A stretch of DNA of 64,000 nt from Balneolia bacterium (GTDB taxonomy: Bacteria; Bacteroidota; Rhodothermia; Balneolales; Cyclonatronaceae): assembly GCA_003566635.1 (NCBI GenBank), contig PXCK01000085.1:1241-65240 (forward strand). The letters run 5' to 3'. Position 1 is the first letter of the stretch. Every line of letters begins with the position of its first letter. Below the pieces are notes generated by a model. The model was not told the DNA's origin, ran no database searches, and worked only from the letters and a program-made list of their open reading frames with translations. Positions 9,557 through 19,026 of this stretch are shown here, piece after piece. The translations under genes were made by a program, and so were the position numbers.

Positions 9557-10228
9557 TTAACTCCCTAATTTTTCCAGAATTTTGTCTGAGGACCTTACGC
9601 TATTTTTCAACCATTGGGCATATAGTTCTTGCTTTTCGTCAGGATTAAGCTGCCAAATGAGCCTGTCTAATTCCTTTCTCATTCTTACAGAAAGTTCATA
9701 CAGACAAATTGCTGCACTTACGGAAATATTTAAACTTTCACTAAAACCATACATGGGTATTTTTACATGTAAGTCGGCTTGAGAAAGAGTAAAGTCAGAT
9801 ACACCTTCTTTCTCGTTTCCCATAAATAGTGCCACAGGCTCCTCAATTACCAAATCACTAATAAGCTCAGGGTTTCCGTGAGGAGTAGTTGCTATAATAC
9901 GATACCCTTTATTTCGCAAATCTGTAATGCAGTTTGAGATGGTTCTATTTTCTGTACTCTTGTAACGATGGAGTGTTAACCATTTATGTGAATTTTTAGT
10001 GACTCCATCACTAACTTTCAATATATTTTTTTGTTCAATTGTATAAACATCCTGAATACCGAAGCAATCACAACTTCTCAATACTGCACTAGCATTATGC
10101 GTTTGGTAGATGTCTTCTAATACAACTGCAATATGACGAGTCCGCAGATTTAGCATCTGCTTCATCCCTGTAATCTTTTCTTGAGTTAAGAGAGGCTCAA
10201 GAATTTTTATAATATTAGATACATTCAA
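9557..10228 (-). CDS. trmH: SpoU/TrmH-family RNA 2'-O-methyltransferase
   Basis: SPOUT motifs GNEKEGVS and SLNISVSAAICLYE; 223 aa. Its stop abuts the stop of the convergent M23 gene. Confidence 0.8.
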   Translation of the reverse strand: MNVSNIIKILEPLLTQEKITGMKQMLNLRTRHIAVVLEDIYQTHNASAVLRSCDCFGIQDVYTIEQKNILKVSDGVTKNSHKWLTLHRYKSTENRTISNCITDLRNKGYRIIATTPHGNPELISDLVIEEPVALFMGNEKEGVSDFTLSQADLHVKIPMYGFSESLNISVSAAICLYELSVRMRKELDRLIWQLNPDEKQELYAQWLKNSVRSSDKILEKLGS

Positions 10229-10249
10229 ATAATGAGCTTTAAGAAAGGA

Positions 10250-10924
10250 CTATTTGTTATTTAACTCAAATCCTCTTTTCCTAATCGTTTTAATGTAATT
10301 GATATCTGTGTGACTTCGAATCTTTTTACGGATGTAGCTCATATAAACATTTATATAATTTGTTTGCTTATCAAATCCGTTTCCCCAAATAGAACTTGCC
10401 AATTCATCGATAGAAATTATTCTCTCTGGGTTTTTTAGAAAAAAGTGAATAATGTCAAACTCATTGTTAGTAAGTTCAACTTCGTTTCCATCAACGAAAA
10501 ATTTTCTACTAACTACGTTTATTTCTAATTCACCATACTCAAAGATCTCTTGGGTTTTCTGAGATTTATACCTTCGAATAAGCGCCTCAATTCTAGCTTT
10601 TAACTCAAGGTTATCAAAAGGCTTTGTAAGGTAGTCATCTGCACCTATATCTAAACCACTTACTTTTATGTTAGTAGCATCGTAAGACGACAGAATTATA
10701 ATCGGTGTGTTTACATTATTGGCTCTCAGCTTCTGACAGATTTCGAGGCCATCAACATCGGGCAAACCTAAATCCAAGACTATGCAGTCATAAGATTGTT
10801 TAAAACCCTTTTCTATACCTTCCAAACCTGTGAGGGCAATATCAACTTTAAAATTACTCTTTTCAAGTAAGTTTTTTACGAGAGAACCTACAACTTTATC
10901 ATCTTCAACTAGAAGGATTCGCAT
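10250..10924 (-). CDS. OmpR/PhoB-type response regulator
   Basis: Receiver domain (RILLVEDD, phospho-acceptor context VLDLGLPDVDG, TKP) plus a C-terminal winged-helix (YMSYIRKKI...IKTIRKRGF). Confidence 0.9.
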   Translation of the reverse strand: MRILLVEDDKVVGSLVKNLLEKSNFKVDIALTGLEGIEKGFKQSYDCIVLDLGLPDVDGLEICQKLRANNVNTPIIILSSYDATNIKVSGLDIGADDYLTKPFDNLELKARIEALIRRYKSQKTQEIFEYGELEINVVSRKFFVDGNEVELTNNEFDIIHFFLKNPERIISIDELASSIWGNGFDKQTNYINVYMSYIRKKIRSHTDINYIKTIRKRGFELNNK

Positions 10925-11007
10925 ATGATCACATTTGAGTTAGTTCTTAATAATTACTCTATTATAAGATAAGTTTTTCTTTAAATAATAGCTTCGATAA
11001 TAAAAAC

Positions 11008-11715
11008 TTAGAATTTGGAGTTTGAAATAATTTTATATCCGCATTCTTTTAGAAAAAATAATGCTTCATTAACCAATTTCAAAGTAAGTTTATGCGTCCC
11101 CGGACAAGTTACATTTTTCACATTAGCTCCTGCTTTTATCAAAGCATCAACAGAACTCTGTTGCAAATCAAGAGGTACATCTTGGTCACCCTTAGCATGG
11201 ATAGAACAGATATTCATTTGATTAACTTTTTTAAGTTTGCTTTGTGAAAAAGATTCCGCTTTAATTTTACCATTAATTACTATGAGTTCGTTAGTATGTT
11301 TCCAACGAGACAAACCAAAGTATCCGGCTTGGTATCCACCCATTGAATACCCTAGAACACAGATCCTGCTTACTTTTATAAACTTTATAATATTATCAAT
11401 TATCTCTTGAATAAACTCGGAGGTGTATTCGAGAGATTTAACGAACGATCCTTGCTTACCGTTATACAAATACCATGCAAAGCCCCATTTTCCTCTATGT
11501 TTAATATTTTTCAAATCTGCATAGGGTCCTTGAATGTATAGATGATAAGCTTCTAAAGAATGAAGTGCCGAAGTACTTTTTTCAAATCGATCAATATTTT
11601 GCCCATAACCATGTAAATAAACTATTAGTGGCTTTTCCTTGCTTGACCCAGTCTCAAATAGTTTATAAGGAACTTCAACCTTAAATGAAGTTTTACCCGA
11701 TACAAGTACATCCAT
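11008..11715 (-). CDS. alpha/beta hydrolase, phospholipase/carboxylesterase-like
   Basis: Nucleophile elbow GYSMGG, a late acidic residue and a His (GDQDVP ... GTHKL); 235 aa. Confidence 0.7.
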   Translation of the reverse strand: MDVLVSGKTSFKVEVPYKLFETGSSKEKPLIVYLHGYGQNIDRFEKSTSALHSLEAYHLYIQGPYADLKNIKHRGKWGFAWYLYNGKQGSFVKSLEYTSEFIQEIIDNIIKFIKVSRICVLGYSMGGYQAGYFGLSRWKHTNELIVINGKIKAESFSQSKLKKVNQMNICSIHAKGDQDVPLDLQQSSVDALIKAGANVKNVTCPGTHKLTLKLVNEALFFLKECGYKIISNSKF

Positions 11716-11798
11716 ATTCTAAATTTTTATTAATTTGTTAAAATACGAAAAGTACTTCTAATATGTTAGCTCAGAATGAATTAAAATTTTGTTTCAGT

Positions 11799-12278
11799 TC
11801 ATTGAATGATAACTTCTGGATCAAAACTTAACAATATGTCAATATTTACTTTATTTAACAAGGTGCTTTCAATTAACGTAGCCCACGTTCTCATATAAAG
11901 CACTACATCATTAACATCTTTATAATTCAGCTCTTTCCTTCTTTCTGGAGGGATAAACTTCAAAACTCGTTGATCAGATAACCTCTCCAAATGTCTGATA
12001 TCATCTTGTGTAAAGCCAGCTTTATTGATTGTGTCGAAAACGTGGTCCATGGTATAGCCTGTAGATGTACAATATTCGATACTTTGATCAGTCCAATCAC
12101 CTGCCCTTTCTATAGCTGCTTTATGTATTTGGGCAGGAGTCAAACTGGTGAGTGTTTGGGCTAAATGACCACAATTACAATGCCCCATATGGCACCAATT
12201 ATAAGTAGCTCCTTTTTCTAATCTGTCCGCGGTTTTTCTAAGAGCATCGACAGTAACAAGGGTTTTCGAAATTTTCAT
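11799..12278 (-). CDS. hypothetical protein with a Cys/His cluster
   Basis: 159 aa with the compact motif W-C-H-M-G-H-C-N-C-G-H near the N terminus. I do not recognise a family. Confidence 0.6.
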   Translation of the reverse strand: MKISKTLVTVDALRKTADRLEKGATYNWCHMGHCNCGHLAQTLTSLTPAQIHKAAIERAGDWTDQSIEYCTSTGYTMDHVFDTINKAGFTQDDIRHLERLSDQRVLKFIPPERRKELNYKDVNDVVLYMRTWATLIESTLLNKVNIDILLSFDPEVIIQ

Positions 12279-12330
12279 AATAATATTGGGTTAGATTTAT
12301 TTTATATAACCGTTGTCCAGTTTTTTTGGT

Positions 12331-12362
12331 TCAAAAAAAAGCCGGATTTATTCAATCCGGCT
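12331..12362 (-). terminator. rho-independent terminator downstream of the 427-aa gene
   Basis: GCCGGATT/AATCCGGC 8-bp stem (12341-12361). It is preceded on the plus strand by an A8 run, which is a U-tract on the minus-strand transcript. Confidence 0.7.
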
Positions 12363-12394
12363 TTAAAAACCTCATAGTTAAAGATATATGTAAA

Positions 12395-13678
12395 CTATGC
12401 TGATGCCGACTTACCCCTCGACAATAGCAATACGGCTAATACTAACACAGCAAGACCCAATAGACCGACTATTATTAACCAGTTAAATCCTGTTGGTTGA
12501 GCCGCTAAATTCCAGTTGACAAGCTTTCTATCTATCGTAGCTATATTTTCAAGAGAAAGCAAACGTCCATCAACTAAAGAAGATTGCCAATTTAACTTAA
12601 CATCATTATGCCAAACATCTGCAAAGGTATTATACGCCAATAAGGTTTCTTCACTTCCTCCTTCTTCTTCAGCAATAACCATTGCATCATCAATATAATT
12701 GTTAAGAGCCTGATAGAAAGTTGAAGATGAGTTAAAATTACCCAAGCCAATATTACGGGATGAAAACGCAGCTCCAAGAGAGCGCCATAAAGACTGACTT
12801 AATCGCTCTTCCCATGCTTCGATTTTTACATCTACTTCTCTAAGACGTGGCGCTCTTTCGGCCGATGTTTCATATACATCTGCCAGCCTTGGCCCAAGTT
12901 TAGTCCAAACAGATTTAAAATCTACCAGGTTAGACTGTAACTGAAGATAATCGACACTTGAAAGCCTTGTATTGGTATCTAAAAAATTAATGTTACTTTC
13001 AACTACAGAACTAATATGACCTATAACATTATCGGGGCTTGCGCTTAGTGTAAAATCTCGTTGGTTCCCATCTCCTATAGAAATAATGTCGATATTATCA
13101 TAGGCAATAAAAAGTGAATCAACCAGATTTAAAATAAATTCGTCTCTCTTTTGGAGTTCGTTTCGCAAGTTTCGAACCATAGCAGCATTAGCATTTCTAT
13201 CTCGGGTCATTTCTTGAAGTGCTTGTCTAAGCGAATCTGCTCGCTGATTCGATAATCCTAACTGATCACTTAAATCAGAAACTCTTCTGTTAAGTGTATT
13301 TATTTCAGTACCTCTCTCTTCTATTGTTTGGAGATTTCTATTCGCAGCAGATGCCAATCTTCTCAGTGCATTTAATCTGTCTTGAAACGTTTCCGGATGA
13401 ATAAAACGATTAATCAAATCAGCTTGATCACCGTAATCGGTTTCAAATCGGTTTATTCGTTGAATAATAGCTTGAGCCTCATCTGAGATTTCTAGTGCCT
13501 GAACAGCTTCAAGTATTGCGTTGTATTCAACTTGGTACGAACGTACTGTTTGAAAATCTGACTGCGCCACTACTTGAATATTTGATAATCCAATAAAAAG
13601 CGAAAACACAAAAGTTGTTATGAATAAAGTTTTATAATACATTTGTTTAACCCGGCTTATATTAATTTCTGATACCAT
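12395..13678 (-). CDS. hypothetical coiled-coil envelope protein (N-terminal signal peptide, C-terminal TM anchor)
   Basis: The likely true start is ATG 13642 (MYYKTLFITTFVFSLFIGLSNIQVVAQ). Long heptad-like region, and a C-terminal hydrophobic segment WLIIVGLLGLAVLVLAVLLL. No known motif. Confidence 0.65.
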   Translation of the reverse strand: MVSEINISRVKQMYYKTLFITTFVFSLFIGLSNIQVVAQSDFQTVRSYQVEYNAILEAVQALEISDEAQAIIQRINRFETDYGDQADLINRFIHPETFQDRLNALRRLASAANRNLQTIEERGTEINTLNRRVSDLSDQLGLSNQRADSLRQALQEMTRDRNANAAMVRNLRNELQKRDEFILNLVDSLFIAYDNIDIISIGDGNQRDFTLSASPDNVIGHISSVVESNINFLDTNTRLSSVDYLQLQSNLVDFKSVWTKLGPRLADVYETSAERAPRLREVDVKIEAWEERLSQSLWRSLGAAFSSRNIGLGNFNSSSTFYQALNNYIDDAMVIAEEEGGSEETLLAYNTFADVWHNDVKLNWQSSLVDGRLLSLENIATIDRKLVNWNLAAQPTGFNWLIIVGLLGLAVLVLAVLLLSRGKSASA

Positions 13679-14120
13679 CTTTAGTCAAGTTGAAAGTCCT
13701 GCTACCATCAACTAATTGCACTAATGGATTTCTTTGATTGAATGCAGGATTTGCGATTCTATCACCATTAACCCTAATCTTATTTTCTTTTTTCATTTCA
13801 GATTCACCGACACTGAATACATAAACATTCTGAAAACCCGGAGCAGTTAGAAAATAAAATCCTTCATGATTTCTAATCATGTGTACAGAAGTCCCGGCAA
13901 AGTCGTTTGCATTTATTCCTTCACTATCTAATACTGAAGATAAATTAAAGACTAAGCCATTTCTCATATCTTCAACATTAGCCTGAGAATCAGCTTCCAT
14001 TACAGTTTCAATTGGTTGGGAAAAATCAACGTTTTGAATTACTAATCCACTACCACATGCAGTTAGTAGAAGTCCCCAAGAGACAACTATTCCTATTTTT
14101 AAAAATACATTCTTACTCAT
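13662..14120 (-). CDS. hypothetical lipoprotein
   Basis: 152 aa with signal peptide and lipobox LLLTAC. No recognisable domain. Confidence 0.65.
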   Translation of the reverse strand: MSKNVFLKIGIVVSWGLLLTACGSGLVIQNVDFSQPIETVMEADSQANVEDMRNGLVFNLSSVLDSEGINANDFAGTSVHMIRNHEGFYFLTAPGFQNVYVFSVGESEMKKENKIRVNGDRIANPAFNQRNPLVQLVDGSRTFNLTKDGIRN

Positions 14121-14193
14121 TATTTATTGATTTTGATATATAGTTTTATTTTTAACGATTTTTCTCGAGATACATTACATGGAAAATAAATAA

Positions 14194-14418
14194 CCCGGAT
14201 TATTCACCAAAAAATTTTCTTGATAGCAAAGCGAAGATGGAAGATGATCGGAAGGGTACCTAAGCTCCCTGAGCATGACTTTTTTATCTTCAACGCAGCT
14301 AGCATGGAAATTTTACAACATTTTGGCCTCACCCAAATTTGAGTGGGTTCGGTATTTGTCTATACAATATTTTTATTAGTATAAGATTTAAATTTCATAC
14401 TTTCGTGAATAATTCGGG
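14194..14418. repeat. copy B of the ~225-nt element with 14-bp terminal inverted repeats
   Basis: Same termini (CCCGGATTATTCAC ... GTGAATAATTCGGG) and same orientation as 1277-1503. Long identical blocks include ATGACTTTTT, CTTCAACGCAGCTAGCATGGAAATTTT and AGTATAAGATTTAAATTT. Confidence 0.7.
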
Positions 14419-14448
14419 ATAATTCAATTGGTTGTAAAGTTTTTATTT

Positions 14449-14991
14449 TCAATACTTTAAAATAGAATGAATATTTAAACCTTCGGGTAAAACGTCTCTC
14501 CCATTCAAAAAAGATAATTCAATTATGAATGAGCAGGCTACAATATTGCCTTCCAACCTTTCTACCAATTGTACTGCTGCTTTAGCAGAGCCACCGGTAG
14601 CAATTAAATCGTCATGAATAAGCACTCTTGCACCTTTAGGTATTCCATCAGCATGAATTTCCAATAAATCGGTGCCGTATTCCAGTTCATACGATTGGCT
14701 TATTTTATCGTAAGGTAACTTATTCGGCTTTCTAACAGGCACAAAACCTGCACCAAGCTTTAACGCAAGAGGAGGTCCAAATATAAAACCCCTCGACTCT
14801 AAACCAACTACGTAATCAATATCATAATCTTTTACTTGTTCATAGAGTTTATCTCTTGTTAATGTTAGCAAATCCGGGTCTTTAAGTAGTGGGGTAATAT
14901 CTTTAAATAAAATACCTTTTTTGGGGAAATCCGGCACATTTCTGATACCTGACTCTAATTTTTCTAACACGCTCTGCTCTCCATTATTCAT
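14449..14991 (-). CDS. apt: adenine phosphoribosyltransferase
   Basis: PRPP-binding motif VLIHDDLIATGGS; 180 aa with typical Apt length and N-terminal pattern. Confidence 0.93.
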   Translation of the reverse strand: MNNGEQSVLEKLESGIRNVPDFPKKGILFKDITPLLKDPDLLTLTRDKLYEQVKDYDIDYVVGLESRGFIFGPPLALKLGAGFVPVRKPNKLPYDKISQSYELEYGTDLLEIHADGIPKGARVLIHDDLIATGGSAKAAVQLVERLEGNIVACSFIIELSFLNGRDVLPEGLNIHSILKY

Positions 14992-15064
14992 TTATGTGTG
15001 CGTTTATTTTATTAATTTAGTTCGAATATATGAAATAGTAACATTTAACCTAATATAAACAACA

Positions 15065-15544
15065 TTGAACGATTATCAAGAAAATCCATCAGCTTGGAAT
15101 ACTCATATTCGTTTTATGCGAACAGCCTTAGAAGAAGCTAAATTAGCAATGAGCAAAGGAGAAGTACCGGTAGGAGCTGTTATCGTAAAAAATAATATTG
15201 TAGTTGGGAAAGGTCATAATATGGTAGAAACACTTAAAGACCCTTCAGCTCATGCAGAGATGATAGCTCTTTCGTCTGCTTGTTCAACCCTTGAGAATAA
15301 GTATTTAACTGATTGTACACTTTATGTAACGTTAGAGCCCTGCCCCATGTGTACAGGAGCATTGGTTTGGTCTAAGATTTCACGAATAGTAATGGGAACT
15401 TTAGATGCCAAAGCAGGTGCTTGTGGAAGTATCTTTAATTTGGCCAACCACAATAAGTTAAACCACAAAATAGAGTTAGTTCACAGTATTTTAGAGGAAG
15501 AATCAGCGAGTTTATTGAAGAATTTTTTTCGCGATAAACGATGA
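15065..15544 (+). CDS. tadA: tRNA adenosine(34) deaminase
   Basis: CDA-fold zinc motifs HAEM and PCPMC. TTG start; an alternative ATG lies at 15116. Confidence 0.9.
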   Translation: MNDYQENPSAWNTHIRFMRTALEEAKLAMSKGEVPVGAVIVKNNIVVGKGHNMVETLKDPSAHAEMIALSSACSTLENKYLTDCTLYVTLEPCPMCTGALVWSKISRIVMGTLDAKAGACGSIFNLANHNKLNHKIELVHSILEEESASLLKNFFRDKR

Positions 15545-15546
15545 TG

Positions 15547-16155
15547 TTAGCTTTGCTTCAAATTATACAAATTATGATCACGTATATATTCTAAAACCTC
15601 GGGAATAATGTGGTCGCTATAGCCGATATTTTTTAATTCATTCCGTATTTGTGTAGAAGATATATCAATCGGGTCATGCTCAACAAACTCTACTTTAGGA
15701 AGTACTCGTTTATCTACATTTGATGTTTTATACCCCGGTCTTGCCGCCACAATTATGCCCGTTTCGTTAATCAATTCCTCAAAGTTTTGCCATTTATGGA
15801 AAACCTCCAGATTATCAGAGCCAATACATAGATACCAACTTAAATGGGTGTACTGTTCCCTTAAATTGTTGAGAGTTTTGTAAGTATAAGATTTCCCCTT
15901 AATCCTTGTTTCAAAATCGGATACAATAACGCGCTTGCTATCCTTGAATGCGAGTTCTACCATTGCAATTCGGTGAGCGTATGCAGCAAGTGCTTTACGT
16001 GTTTTAAAAGGTGGCGTTGGTGTTGGTGTTACCCAAACAGCATCTATCAATCCGGAACGCAGAAATGAATGTACAATTGATATATGACCTTTATGCACAG
16101 GATCAAATGTACCACCAAAAACCCCGACTCGTTGTATGTCGGGATCAGCTTTCAT
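15547..16155 (-). CDS. nadD: nicotinate-nucleotide adenylyltransferase
   Basis: GGTFDPVHKGH (HxGH nucleotidyltransferase motif) and C-terminal ISSTQIR. Confidence 0.9.
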   Translation of the reverse strand: MKADPDIQRVGVFGGTFDPVHKGHISIVHSFLRSGLIDAVWVTPTPTPPFKTRKALAAYAHRIAMVELAFKDSKRVIVSDFETRIKGKSYTYKTLNNLREQYTHLSWYLCIGSDNLEVFHKWQNFEELINETGIIVAARPGYKTSNVDKRVLPKVEFVEHDPIDISSTQIRNELKNIGYSDHIIPEVLEYIRDHNLYNLKQS

Positions 16156-16963
16156 TGCGCGATGCGCGTTGAGATCTGACTAAACCTCTTGAGGCATTAT
16201 CATAAAACTCTTCTGCGAGCTGTCTATTCTCCCCTCTTGGGAAAAGTTGCAAGTAAGTTTCGTAAGCATCAACTGCTTTTTGAAATCGTTCTTCTTGTCT
16301 GGCAGGCACGCTATTTTCAGCAAATGTGGTATATGCTCTAATTTGATTTACGAGTGCAAGTTCGGCCCATTTTGTCTCAGGGAATACTTCTAGTGTTAAA
16401 CCATAATAAATAGCAGCTGCATTATAATATCTTAAACGGTAGAATTGCTCAGCAGCTCTAAACGATTTCTTAGCCAGCTTAATACGCATCTCCTCAATCA
16501 ACTCTACTGCTTCAGGAGCACGCTCAGAACTTGGATACCTACTTATGAAAAGCTGGAATGCTTCAATTGCACGATACGTATCACTTTGATCAAGGTTATA
16601 CCTTGGGCTCAACCGATAATATGAGAAACCCTCCATAAAGTCGGCTGTCTCTCTTCGCTCAGAACGTGGGTTGAATACAGAATATCTTTGAAATTCAGCG
16701 GCAGCAAGTATGTATTGACGGCTATCAAAATAACTTTGAGCAGCCATAAACTGAGCATCCTGGCCAATTTCAGTACCTCTACCAATAGAAACAACCGTCT
16801 CAAAAGCGTTTGCGGCATCGCTGTATCGGCCTCTTTCATACAATGCCATAGCTTTTTCGAAAGCTACTTCAAGTGTATCACCCGGACGGATAAGGGATCG
16901 TTGGCTACATGATGCAAAAATTAGACCGGCAATTAAAAGGATAATAGGAAGTGACGAACGCAT
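16145..16963 (-). CDS. bamD: outer membrane protein assembly factor BamD (YfiO-like TPR lipoprotein)
   Basis: Lipobox LIFASC and TPR-like repeats with the typical AxxxYxxGxY pattern. Overlaps the nadD start by 11 nt. Confidence 0.8.
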   Translation of the reverse strand: MRSSLPIILLIAGLIFASCSQRSLIRPGDTLEVAFEKAMALYERGRYSDAANAFETVVSIGRGTEIGQDAQFMAAQSYFDSRQYILAAAEFQRYSVFNPRSERRETADFMEGFSYYRLSPRYNLDQSDTYRAIEAFQLFISRYPSSERAPEAVELIEEMRIKLAKKSFRAAEQFYRLRYYNAAAIYYGLTLEVFPETKWAELALVNQIRAYTTFAENSVPARQEERFQKAVDAYETYLQLFPRGENRQLAEEFYDNASRGLVRSQRASRNES

Positions 16964-16986
16964 TAAAATAATCTGCTCTCTGTTGG

Positions 16987-17982
16987 TTAAGTTTGTCTGG
17001 TTTTTAACTTGTCAAGTAATTCTTTGATTGAATCTTTAAATGGACTATCACTAAAAGATTCCAGTGCTTGAAGGGCATTAATATACAGATTTTTTATGTT
17101 TTTTTGAGTATCTGATATAACACCCAGCTTATCAAACATATCAACAACGTATTCTACATCGGTTTCAGTACAATTTGGGTTTTGTAAGATAGAAATGATT
17201 TTAGATTTTTCTTCGGATGTGGCCCTCTCTAAAGCCAAAATGGTAAGAATTGTTTTCTTTCCTTCATAAATATCTCCTCCTTTACGTTTACCAAATGTAT
17301 CGGGGTTGGCTATAGCATCAAGTAAATCATCCTGGATTTGAAATGCAATTCCAGCATTCATACCAATAGTACCCAGTTGTTGGATATTTTCCTGACCTGC
17401 ACCGGCAATTACACCTCCCATTTGTAGAGACGCCTTAAGCAAAGCTGCTGTTTTTTGGGATATCATATCAATGTATTCGTCCTTTGTTACTTCTAACATC
17501 GCTTCGAAATCCAAATCTTTGGCTTGTCCTTCACATACAATTCGAGCAGCTTCAGCAAATAATTTATGGAGCTCAGGGAAAATAGATGGAGCGAATCCGT
17601 TCAATTCATTGTAATAGTATAGCTCCTCAAATGCAAGCGTAAACATAACGTCCCCACTTAAGATAGCTGTGGCCTCATCCCAACGAGAGTGTACGGTAGG
17701 CTTACCTCTTCTGCTGGTTGCTCCGTCCATAATGTCATCGTGAATCAGCGTAAAGTTATGAAGTAACTCCACAGCAGCTGCGGCTGGAATAGCTTTTTCC
17801 GGATTTCCACCGGCCAAACCACAACCTAATAAGACCAATTGCGGCCTAACTCTCTTTCCACCCAACTCAAGAATATATTTTACAGGATCATATAAACTCG
17901 AAGGTTTTTGGGGTATGGGTAATTTTGAAAGATATTTCGCAAACTTTGCTGATATACTGTTTTCAGTAAAAGAATTCATCAA
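16987..17982 (-). CDS. polyprenyl diphosphate synthase (GGPP/FPP synthase class)
   Basis: First and second aspartate-rich motifs LIHDDIMD and QIQDDLLD. Confidence 0.88.
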   Translation of the reverse strand: MMNSFTENSISAKFAKYLSKLPIPQKPSSLYDPVKYILELGGKRVRPQLVLLGCGLAGGNPEKAIPAAAAVELLHNFTLIHDDIMDGATSRRGKPTVHSRWDEATAILSGDVMFTLAFEELYYYNELNGFAPSIFPELHKLFAEAARIVCEGQAKDLDFEAMLEVTKDEYIDMISQKTAALLKASLQMGGVIAGAGQENIQQLGTIGMNAGIAFQIQDDLLDAIANPDTFGKRKGGDIYEGKKTILTILALERATSEEKSKIISILQNPNCTETDVEYVVDMFDKLGVISDTQKNIKNLYINALQALESFSDSPFKDSIKELLDKLKTRQT

Positions 17983-17987
17983 GATAC

Positions 17988-18995
17988 TTAACGTTTAATA
18001 ATCAATGACTTGTTTAACATGCTTGGTGTTTTTGTACCGGTTAAGCACATAATTGTTTTAAAATCTTTTTGGATATTTTCGAACCATTTTGATAACGAAT
18101 CTAAGCCCCCATCGATTATTGACTGAACAACGGGTTGAGCAGCTGCAGTAAAATGTGCACCAAGACATAAAGAAACAATTATATCATGAGCAGTTCGAAT
18201 ACCGCCCGATGAAATTATTTGAATATTTTCAATTTCCTCAGAAAGATATGATTCCAAAATGTGTGATGTTGGCAATCCCCAATCATCAAAATAATTTCTT
18301 TGTCCTTTTCTAAGATTTTCAACTTTGGACCAGCTTGTACCCCCTGCACCGGATATATCAATACATGATACACCAACATTAATGAGTTTTTTGGCTACGG
18401 ATGTGTCAATTCCTGCACCGGTCTCTTTCACAATTACAGGTAACTCAGTAGACTTAACCAAATTTTCAATTCCGGCTAAAACGCCTTTAAAGTTTCGATC
18501 ACCTTCCGGTTGCATCAATTCTTGCAGCGGGTTTAGATGAATAATAACCGCATTGGCTTGTATTGAGTCAATCATCAATCTAATTTTATCTAATTCAAAA
18601 TTTTGAATTAGTTGACATCCACCAATATTAGATGCTACAAATGCATCCGGGGCTATTTTTCGAACAACTTTAAACGATTCAGAAAGAGAAGGGTCTTCCA
18701 GCATAATACGTTGGCTACCAACTCCAAAGGGTAAGTTATAGTGTTGGCAAAACTCAGCGATGGTACGATTAATTTCGCCACCTTTATCGTATCCTCCCGT
18801 CATGGATGAAATAAATAAGGGGAAAGCGAAAGTCCGACCTAACAATTTAGCCTTAGTTTCAATTTCATCAAAGTTGATTTCAGGCAAGGCATTATGACGA
18901 ATCAAATAAGAATCAAAACCGGAAGAAAAGGAATAGGCAGATTGGTCATTAAGTGTCAGATCGACATGATCTTTTTTTCGGTTTTGAATACTCAT
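17988..18995 (-). CDS. fni: type 2 (FMN-dependent) isopentenyl-diphosphate delta-isomerase
   Basis: Motifs SSMTGG, VKETGAG and SGAGGTSW; N terminus RKKDHV. Confidence 0.9.
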   Translation of the reverse strand: MSIQNRKKDHVDLTLNDQSAYSFSSGFDSYLIRHNALPEINFDEIETKAKLLGRTFAFPLFISSMTGGYDKGGEINRTIAEFCQHYNLPFGVGSQRIMLEDPSLSESFKVVRKIAPDAFVASNIGGCQLIQNFELDKIRLMIDSIQANAVIIHLNPLQELMQPEGDRNFKGVLAGIENLVKSTELPVIVKETGAGIDTSVAKKLINVGVSCIDISGAGGTSWSKVENLRKGQRNYFDDWGLPTSHILESYLSEEIENIQIISSGGIRTAHDIIVSLCLGAHFTAAAQPVVQSIIDGGLDSLSKWFENIQKDFKTIMCLTGTKTPSMLNKSLIIKR

Positions 18996-19026
18996 ATAGT
19001 TTTATTTAGAATGAAAATACGGGTAA

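Noticed and set aside
12395-13678. Use of the most upstream ATG (13678) for the 427-aa gene
   Set aside because: Not fully rejected. However, the first 12 residues (MVSEINISRVKQ) precede what looks like the real signal peptide, which starts at ATG 13642, and they overlap the upstream gene by 17 nt. The shorter form is more likely. I left the track coordinates in the feature table and note the alternative there.
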